NCBI GenBank assembly: GCA_964187785.1
Contig: OZ076421.1
Location: forward strand, 50,778,001 to 50,842,000
Reading direction: 5' to 3'
DNA from: Amphiscolops sp. MND2022
Lineage: Eukaryota
DNA length: 64,000 nt
This document shows positions 53,503 to 62,100 of this stretch, piece after piece (the first letter of the stretch is position 1; each line of letters begins with the position of its first letter). The notes under the pieces are model-generated. The model was not told where the DNA came from. It did no database searches and worked only from the letters and a program-made list of their open reading frames with translations. Made by a program: the position numbers and the translations under genes.

Positions 53503-56500
53503 ATGTCCTCTCTGCGTCACAAAACCTGCCTTCGGCACCGATCGTGTGACTTGTTACCTAGAAACGAGCCATTTGACTTTCTGGAGTCAGACCCTCCCCA
53601 CTTTGAAATTAAACCAGTTTTAAAAGCTGGCTTTGGTTTATTTACCACGCGTTCTTTCCAGAAACACGAGTTTATAATCAATTATCGGGGAGATTTCATT
53701 GATCAGCAAAACTCAACGGACAATATTTACAGCATCGAGACTGGAGCTCCAGAACATGTTACTGTCGATGCTTCCAAGAGGACAGAATGTTTAGGGCGAT
53801 ATATTAATGATGTCGACCCCTTCCATGCTCAGAACTGCAGAACTGTGAAAATTTACAACAACGACAGAAGCCGCTGGACAATCGGAATTTTTGCCACAAA
53901 AAACATTTCTTCTGGAGAAGAACTACGGTACAGTTACGGTACAAAAGTTGCACCCTGGAGAGAAATGAAGTTCTGGAAGGCTGAAGTTCGTTCCAAAAAA
54001 AACCGTATCCGTAAACATCCCGTGCCTTGCACGCAAAACGACGTTGCAGTTGGTGCCTCCCGTAATCACAAAATAGCTGACAAATTTATGGAAGGTTGGT
54101 CTCCGGGATTCTCCCACCTACCGAAAAGGACTGCAGTCGACTCGGGAACAGTATTGCCAACAGAAACTTTGCAAACAGAAACTTTGCAAACAGAAACTTT
54201 GCCAGCAGAAACTTTGCAAACAGAAACTTTGCAAACAGAAACTTTGCAAACAGAAACTTTGGAAACAGAAACTTTGCCAGCAGAAACTTTGCAAACAGAA
54301 ACTTTGGAAACAGAAACTTTGCCAGCAGAAACTTTGCAAACAGAAACTTTGGAAACAGAAACTTTGCCAGCAGAAACTTTGCAAACAGAAACTTTGCCAG
54401 CAGAAACTTTGCCAGCAGAAACTTTGCCAGCAGAAACTTTGCAAACAGAAACTTTGCAAACAGAAACTTTGGAAACAGAAACTTTGCCAGCAGAAACTTT
54501 GCAAACAGAAACTTTGCAAACAGAAACTTTGCAAACAGAAACTTTGCAAACAGAAACTTTGCCAGCAGAAACTTTGCCAACAGAAAATTTGTACATATCT
54601 GGAATCGACTTGCCGCCAACTCAAACAACCCCACGCTTCTCTCAAATCGACTTGCCGCCAACTCAAACAACCCCATACTTCTCTGGAACTGAAATAGTAA
54701 TACAAACAACACCTCACATTTTTGAAGGGGCCGACACATCTCTGGTTTTTATGGACATTCCAACATCCATTCAAACACCCAACACCAACACCGACCGCGA
54801 AGATGATGCTGATGATGATCATGACCATGAAGAAGAAGAAGAAGAAGAAGAAGAAGAAATTGACTCCGAAATAGAATTTCAAACATTTGTTTCCAAGAAC
54901 AATAAGCCAAAGAGGCCTGCCGTAGAAACTTGCTTGCTGTGTGAAAAACAAGTTAAAAAAATGAGGGACCACCTCACAAACAAGCATTTGATTGGAACTA
55001 ATGATAAGTTGCGGAAATTTTTGTCAACATACTACAGTACGTTGCACACCCATCGTTGTTATCAGTGTTCTGACTGCTCCTTCCGTTTCGGGGATCGTGG
55101 CAAACATCCCAAAAATCATCCCATAGAACGAATCATGGACAGGGAAAATATGACGTTCTTCCCTCAAAGTATCAGCGTTGCAATTGATCAGATCCGCCAA
55201 CAACTTTTGCTACCATATAAAGAATTAGTTGAAACGTGGGTGAGACACGAGAAAGGGCTCTTTGAAGACGGCGATGTGTCAGGTACATGGAACGTGTCAT
55301 CTACTCAATTTTCGTTTTTATGTCGTGCAATTGATGCAACAAAAAATTTTACAGAACCCACAAATTTGGCTGTTTTTGTCAGGGAATATTTTCAACAACG
55401 CGTAATAACAAGATCAACAATGGTGAATAACCTAATACTTTTTGAAAAAATGGTGGATTACATTAAAGCGTACAAACGGCCCAGTTTTGCAGTAATAATG
55501 GAAAACGATTGGAAGAAAATAATCAAAGATGTTCGAAAGAAATACCAAAAAGGTGCACTCAAGGAGAAAAAGAGAACAAAACGAGGTCTTTTTGAAAGAG
55601 TTCCAGACATGGAAGGAGTTGCCTTCGTGGTAAATCGAATAGCCGAATTGTGTGAGGCGGATGTGAAAGAAGAGACCCTTAGTCTGGACGAACTCAAAGT
55701 ATTCAATTTTGTTACACTTTCTTCTACCATGAATGGCCGCGTTGGCCCCCTTATGGATTTAACTTGGGAGGACGTAAAGAAAATAAAACAAGATGGCAAA
55801 ATTACCTCCGATAAACATAAAACAGGACATTTCTATGATCATGAACTCAAAATTCGTCCTGAACAATTTCCTTGGTTGTACCGATTAAGAAAAGAGTTCG
55901 AGAAGAAGTACGGCTATCGTGGAAAGCTGGTGTTTGCAACCTCTCAAGATACCCGAGACCATTCAATGGCTGCAACAATCAGAAAAGTACTTGCCAATCA
56001 TTTCGAGGATCACATTTTAGAAAAAGATTACCATGGAACACCAATAAGAAAAATGTGGGACACCTACTTCCATTACAATGCCGACGAAATTCCAGCTGAA
56101 GCACGCGCTTTTCATTCAATACAGTCTGCGCACACAAAAGATACAGCTGATAAGAACTATATTGTGCCAAAAACAAGTGGTATTGATTTCTATCACGACA
56201 CCTTGAGAAAAAATGCAAAATCGAAAGCTGAAATTGTGGACAAATCTCCTTCCTCTACACTTCCCTCAACTTCAAAATTTTCTACACCACCAGTCAAATC
56301 GTCCCTTTTGACTCGAACGAAAACCCCCTCATCAGAAACAAAACCGTCAGTGAAGAAGTGTCTGAAGAGCACAGTTGGTTCAGAATCTTCGTACAACCCA
56401 AGTTCTTCGGAGAGCGAGTCTGAAAAACAACCGTCGTCCATCACGATCAGAAAATCAACTAAATATCTCAAAACATTGAATACCTGGAGAGACGAAAAAC

Positions 56501-56682
56501 CATCACCAGCTGTCCTGAAAGCTGTTGCCCTCTTCGAGAACATTGTGTGTCGAATGGGAAGAAAAGAAGTAGTGAAAACCATCGAAAAGGCCGAAATCAA
56601 ACTGACCCGTGAGGAGTTGTCCAGAGTTCTCAACAAAGTCAAATGGGCTGGTAACCAGCACTTACCCAAAACGGAGTTTTAA
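53503..56682 (+). CDS. Intact 1059-aa SET domain / pentapeptide repeat / zinc finger / tyrosine recombinase fusion protein
   Basis: SET: GFGLFTTRSF..FIINYRG, GRYIND, ELRYSYG, PWR. C2H2-like CLLC-x9-H-x4-H at 54931. Recombinase: NGRVGPLMDLTWEDV (R 55738), DKHKT (55810), TPIRK (R 56047), AHTKDTADKNY (H 56131, Y 56158). Confidence 0.88.
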   Translation: MSSLRHKTCLRHRSCDLLPRNEPFDFLESDPPHFEIKPVLKAGFGLFTTRSFQKHEFIINYRGDFIDQQNSTDNIYSIETGAPEHVTVDASKRTECLGRYINDVDPFHAQNCRTVKIYNNDRSRWTIGIFATKNISSGEELRYSYGTKVAPWREMKFWKAEVRSKKNRIRKHPVPCTQNDVAVGASRNHKIADKFMEGWSPGFSHLPKRTAVDSGTVLPTETLQTETLQTETLPAETLQTETLQTETLQTETLETETLPAETLQTETLETETLPAETLQTETLETETLPAETLQTETLPAETLPAETLPAETLQTETLQTETLETETLPAETLQTETLQTETLQTETLQTETLPAETLPTENLYISGIDLPPTQTTPRFSQIDLPPTQTTPYFSGTEIVIQTTPHIFEGADTSLVFMDIPTSIQTPNTNTDREDDADDDHDHEEEEEEEEEEIDSEIEFQTFVSKNNKPKRPAVETCLLCEKQVKKMRDHLTNKHLIGTNDKLRKFLSTYYSTLHTHRCYQCSDCSFRFGDRGKHPKNHPIERIMDRENMTFFPQSISVAIDQIRQQLLLPYKELVETWVRHEKGLFEDGDVSGTWNVSSTQFSFLCRAIDATKNFTEPTNLAVFVREYFQQRVITRSTMVNNLILFEKMVDYIKAYKRPSFAVIMENDWKKIIKDVRKKYQKGALKEKKRTKRGLFERVPDMEGVAFVVNRIAELCEADVKEETLSLDELKVFNFVTLSSTMNGRVGPLMDLTWEDVKKIKQDGKITSDKHKTGHFYDHELKIRPEQFPWLYRLRKEFEKKYGYRGKLVFATSQDTRDHSMAATIRKVLANHFEDHILEKDYHGTPIRKMWDTYFHYNADEIPAEARAFHSIQSAHTKDTADKNYIVPKTSGIDFYHDTLRKNAKSKAEIVDKSPSSTLPSTSKFSTPPVKSSLLTRTKTPSSETKPSVKKCLKSTVGSESSYNPSSSESESEKQPSSITIRKSTKYLKTLNTWRDEKPSPAVLKAVALFENIVCRMGRKEVVKTIEKAEIKLTREELSRVLNKVKWAGNQHLPKTEF
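54163..54582 (+). repeat. 15-bp coding tandem repeat x28 (ETLQT/ETLPA/ETLET)
   Basis: GAAACTTTG(CAAACA/CCAGCA/GAAACA) units counted from the translation. Confidence 0.97.
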
Positions 56683-56830
56683 CCAAGCAACTGATGTAAC
56701 CAAGAAACTGAACCACTGTAACCAAGCAACTGAACAACTGTAACCAAGCAACTGATGTAACCAAGAAACTGTACTACTGTAACCAAGCAACAAATTCAAA
56801 AAGGTCCCACTAAAGAACTTGTAACCAAGA
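56681..56830 (+). repeat. Seven AACCAAG-core short repeats (mostly 17-22 bp spacing) directly after the stop codon
   Basis: TGTAACCAAG(C/A)AACTG units. Confidence 0.85.
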
Positions 56831-57379
56831 TACCAACCAACTTCAATTTGGCAGCATGACCTCCTGTTGGCATGGGACCTGAGGGGTTTGGATGGAGGTG
56901 GCCCCTCACCAGGTTTGATGAATCAGACATTCACAGAATCAGCGCTTTGTCTTAGTGTTTTTACATTGTTTCGTTTTCGTTAGATATGTTGTGCTTTTTA
57001 GATCTTCGCTATAACTTGCCAAAATCCGCAAATCCATAAAATATGCACCTTTACGTCATTTAATATCGTGAAAAAATGCAAAGGGATGATCGCCAAAATG
57101 AACAACATCATAACATTTTTTATTAGAAACAAAGATAGTATTTTTTTGGAGAACTTTTGAGAACAGAGCATTTTTACCCTCTAATGTTGTTAACTTTGTT
57201 GGTGTTAAAGAGGGGAACCGACAGTTTCCGAATTTCTTGTAATGCTCGCAGACTACTTTATTACTCCCGGTGAACACTTCGGACGCAGTACGAGAGTGAA
57301 AATCATACAAACCATTCTTTTAATGAGAATTTTCGGTAGACCTGTTGCTATCGGGTAACATTTATTAATGAATAAAATT

Positions 57380-57432
57380 GTTAGCCTTGGGACACCTGCG
57401 TTATCATTTAGCAGATGTACCGCCCCAGTCAA
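57380..57432 (-). rRNA. ~53-nt fragment of 28S (LSU) rRNA, P-loop region; further copies at 58299-58345, 59179-59231, 60065-60117 and 61710-61762 (not a functional gene)
   Basis: Reverse complement TTGACTGGGGCGGTACATCTGCTAAATGATAACGCAGGTGTCCCAAGGC matches the conserved eukaryotic LSU motif TTTGACTGGGGCGGTACA...AACGCAGGTGTCC(T/C)AAGG as I recall it. Confidence 0.85.
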
Positions 57433-58914
57433 TGAACTAAATCCAATCGTGATTGAACGATTCCCTTGGTACTGAAACTGAGATAGGAGCAGCTCTCTCG
57501 AGGTTCAGAAGTTCCGTGGGCAGACTTGGCCACAACCGTTTAGCCGTTTTGCCGTTTACACCTGACTGACACTCACTGCCGATTCAAACTCCTCAAATTC
57601 TTCATTCAAATTCCTTTGTAATTGTTCTGTCATTCAACATGTCCTCTCTGCGTCCTCTTTTGCGATCAGCAAAACTCAACGGACAATATTTACAGCATCG
57701 AGACTGGAGCTCCAGAACATGTTACTGTCGATGCTTCCAAGAGGACAGAATGTTTAGGACGATATATTAATGATGTCGACCCCTTCATAAATACAGCTTA
57801 CGTTTATCCCAATAAATTTGCATGGCCGCTTGGATGGGCAACATTCGGTTTTCCGTTGGCATGTCCCCAAAACTGTTTCACCAATAAGAAAAATGTGGGA
57901 CACTTCCATTATAATGCCGACGAAATTCCAGCTGAAGCACTTTGAAACTGGCGTTTTGCTGAGTTACAACTGGCGTTTAGCGTTCACAGGCAGGTGAAGC
58001 GCTAGCAACAAAAACACATACACACTTTCAACATTGTCAATGAACTAAATCCAATCGTGATTCATTCTGTTTAGTCGTAACTCTTTGAACACGTTTTTGT
58101 CTTTCAAGATACCAACCAACTTCAATTTGGCTGCTTGTCCTCCTGTTGGCATGGGACCTGAGGGGTTTGGATGGAGGTGGCCCCTCACCAGATTTGATGA
58201 ATCAGACATTCACAGAATCAGCAACCAAGCAACTGATGTAACCAAGAAACTGAACCACTGTAACCGAGCAACAAATTCAAAAAGGTCCCACTAAAGAACT
58301 TGGGACACCTGCGTTATCATTTAGCAGATGTACCGCCCCAGTCAATGAACTAAATCCAATCGTGATTGAACGATTCCCTTGGTACTGAAACTGAGATAGG
58401 AGCAGCTCTCTCGAGGTTCAGAAGTTCCGTGGGCAGACTTGGCCACAACCGTTTAGCCGTTTTGCCGTTTACACCTGACTGACACTCACTGCCGATTCAA
58501 ACTCCTCAAATTCTTCATTCAAATTCCTTTGTAATTGTTCTGTCATTCAACATGTCCTCTCTGCGTCCTCTTTTGCGATCAGCAAAACTCAACGGACAAT
58601 ATTTACAGCATCGAGACTGGAGCTCCAGAACATGTTACTGTCGATGCTTCCAAGAGGACAGAATGTTTAGGACGATATATTAATGATGTCGACCCCTTCA
58701 TAAATACAGCTTACGTTTATCCCAATAAATTTGCATGGCCGCTTGGATGGGCAACATTCGGTTTTCCGTTGGCATGTCCCCAAAACTGTTTCACCAATAA
58801 GAAAAATGTGGGACACTTCCATTATAATGCCGACGAAATTCCAGCTGAAGCACTTTGAAACTGGCGTTTTGCTGAGTTACAACTGGCGTTTAGCGTTCAC
58901 AGGCAGGTGAAGCG

Positions 58915-59109
58915 CTAGCAACAAAAACACATACACACTTTCAACAATGTCAATGAACTAAATTTATTAATGAAGAGATCTTTTTCATCATGTACAAATT
59001 TGCAGTTGTTGCCGTACCGACAGTTTCCGAATTTCTTGTAATGCTCGCAGACTACTTTATTACTCCCGGTGAACACTTCGGACGCAGTACGAGAGTGAAA
59101 ATCATACAA
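58915..59109 (-). pseudogene. CCCH zinc-finger coding fragment (also 59801-59995 and 61446-61640; broken copy at 57220-57310)
   Basis: CEHYKKFGNCRYGNNCKFVH = C-x8-C-x5-C-x3-H. Confidence 0.75.
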
Positions 59110-62100
59110 ACCATTCTTTTAATGAGAATTTTCGGTAGACCTGTTGCTATCGGGTAACATTTATTAATGAATAAAATTGTTAGCCTTGGGACACCTGCGT
59201 TATCATTTAGCAGATGTACCGCCCCAGTCAATGAACTAATTCCAATCGTGATTGAACGATTCCCTTGGTACTGAAACTGAGATAGGAGCAGCTCTCTCGA
59301 GGTTCAGAAGTTCCGTGGGCAGACTTGGCCACAACCGTTTAGCCGTTTTGCCGTTTACACCTGACTGACACTCACTGCCGATTCAAACTCCTCAAATTCT
59401 TCATTCAAATTCCTTTGTAATTGTTCTGTCATTCAACATGTCCTCTCTGCGTCCTCTTTTGCGATCAGCAAAACTCAACGGACAATATTTACAGCATCGA
59501 GACTGGAGCTCCAGAACATGTTACTGTCGATGCTTCCAAGAGGACAGAATGTTTAGGACGATATATTAATGATGTCGACCCCTTCATAAATACAGCTTAC
59601 GTTTATCCCAATAAATTTGCATGGCCGCTTGGATGGGCAACATTCGGTTTTCCGTTGGCATGTCCCCAAAACTGTTTCACCAATAAGAAAAATGTGGGAC
59701 ACTTCCATTATAATGCCGACGAAATTCCAGCTGAAGCACTTTGAAACTGGCGTTTTGCTGAGTTACAACTGGCGTTTAGCGTTCACAGGCAGGTGAAGCG
59801 CTAGCAACAAAAACACATACACACTTTCAACAATGTCAATGAACTAAATTTATTAATGAAGAGATCTTTTTCATCATGTACAAATTTGCAGTTGTTGCCG
59901 TACCGACAGTTTCCGAATTTCTTGTAATGCTCGCAGACTACTTTATTACTCCCGGTGAACACTTCGGACGCAGTACGAGAGTGAAAATCATACAAACCAT
60001 TCTTTTAATGAGAATTTTCGGAAGACCTGTTGCTATCGGGTAACATTTATTAATGAATAAAATTGTTAGCCTTGGGACACCTGCGTTATCATTTAGCAGA
60101 TGTACCGCCCCAGTCAATGAACTAATTCCAATCGTGATTCATTCTGTTTAGTCGTAACTCTTTGAACACGTTTTTGTCTTTCAAGAACACAACAGTCTCA
60201 TAAATGATTTTATCGTAATCTTTCACAACTTGTGACTCTTTTGAACTCAGCACCTTGACATGGACTGTTCTCTCGGAAAAATGTTTCTGGAAGAAAGCGC
60301 TAGCAGAGTCGCGCCAAATCATGGTGACGTCACGAACTTTGGGGGTGTTTGATGAGAATAAAAAAGCCTTCTCGTCTTCGCCTGGGGAGAGCGAACATGG
60401 TATTGCGTAGGCGGGGTGGTTCAAAAAATGGGGTAGGAGCTCGGAGCAGTAATGTTGGTAGCTTTGTTGGTATTAAAGAGGGGATTGTCGTCACATAATT
60501 TATTAATGAATAAAATTTATATGATATAAAGATATAAAATTAAGTTGGTTATTATGGTCCATAGAAGATCTTCACGAACAAATGCACCATGTGTTGTTTG
60601 GGATTCTGTGTTTTTTATAGTATCCCCCCCAGCACGGAGAGTTTCCTCTAAGGAGAGAAGTGCAATTACCCTTGCAATATCTGGCCCACATACTTAACGT
60701 ACTTTCCACTTTCTGAGTCGAAAAACTTTGATCAATTCGCGTTCAGGTCCATTGAAAAAGGCATTGCTTAATCGCCACTTCTTCACTTGGACAATTAATC
60801 CAAGATCAGGCAGTCTCACAAGGTATTCTGCGTCAGTCATATTCGTCATAACGAGGGCACTTTTCCCCAACCTTGTCCTCACAGGAGCGTGTCCCTTTGA
60901 ACGATTCCCTTGGTACTGAAACTGAGATAGGAGCAGCTCTCTCGAGGTTCAGAAGTTCCGTGGGCAGACTTGGCCACAACCGTTTAGCCGTTTTGCCGTT
61001 TACACCTGACTGACACTCACTGCCGATTCAAACTCCTCAAATTCTTCATTCAAATTCCTTTGTAATTGTTCTGTCATTCAACATGTCCTCTCTGCGTCCT
61101 CTTTTGCGATCAGCAAAACTCAACGGACAATATTTACAGCATCGAGACTGGAGCTCCAGAACATGTTACTGTCGATGCTTCCAAGAGGACAGAATGTTTA
61201 GGACGATATATTAATGATGTCGACCCCTTCATAAATACAGCTTACGTTTATCCCAATAAATTTGCATGGCCGCTTGGATGGGCAACATTCGGTTTTCCGT
61301 TGGCATGTCCCCAAAACTGTTTCACCAATAAGAAAAATGTGGGACACTTCCATTATAATGCCGACGAAATTCCAGCTGAAGCACTTTGAAACTGGCGTTT
61401 TGCTGAGTTACAACTGGCGTTTAGCGTTCACAGGCAGGTGAAGCGCTAGCAACAAAAACACATACACACTTTCAACAATGTCAATGAACTAAATTTATTA
61501 ATGAAGAGATCTTTTTCATCATGTACAAATTTGCAGTTGTTGCCGTACCGACAGTTTCCGAATTTCTTGTAATGCTCGCAGACTACTTTATTACTCCCGG
61601 TGAACACTTCGGACGCAGTACGAGAGTGAAAATCATACAAACCATTCTTTTAATGAGAATTTTCGGAAGACCTGTTGCTATCGGGTAACATTTATTAATG
61701 AATAAAATTGTTAGCCTTGGGACACCTGCGTTATCATTTAGCAGATGTACCGCCCCAGTCAATGAACTAATTCCAATCGTGATTCATTCTGTTTAGTCGT
61801 AACTCTTTGAACACGTTTTTGTCTTTCAAGAACACAACAGTCTCATAAATGATTTTATCGTAATCTTTCACAACTTGTGACTCTTTTGAACTCAGCACCT
61901 TGACATGGACTGTTCTCTCGGAAAAATGTTTCTGGAAGAAAGCGCTAGCAGAGTCCAGCCAAATCATGGTGACGTCACGAACTTTGGGGGTGTTTGATGA
62001 GAATAAAAAAGCCTTCTCGTCTTCGCCTGGGGAGAGCGAACATGGTATTGCGTAGGCGGGGTGGTTCAAAAAATGGGGTAGGAGCTCGGAGCAGAAATGT

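Noticed and set aside
54066-54987. Overlapping long ORFs (KVSVC, KFLFA, RNFAN, QSFCL repeats)
   Set aside because: These are alternative frames of the stop-free 15-bp repeat.
57380-57432. Functional rRNA gene
   Set aside because: Only ~50 nt is present, with no flanking rDNA.
57622-57945. 107-aa ORF repeated four times as a real protein
   Set aside because: It starts at TTG and is a chimera of SET and YR scraps; the native ATG reads out of frame and stops after about 43 codons.
60480-60640. AT-rich block as an organellar insertion
   Set aside because: No recognisable mitochondrial or plastid gene motif.
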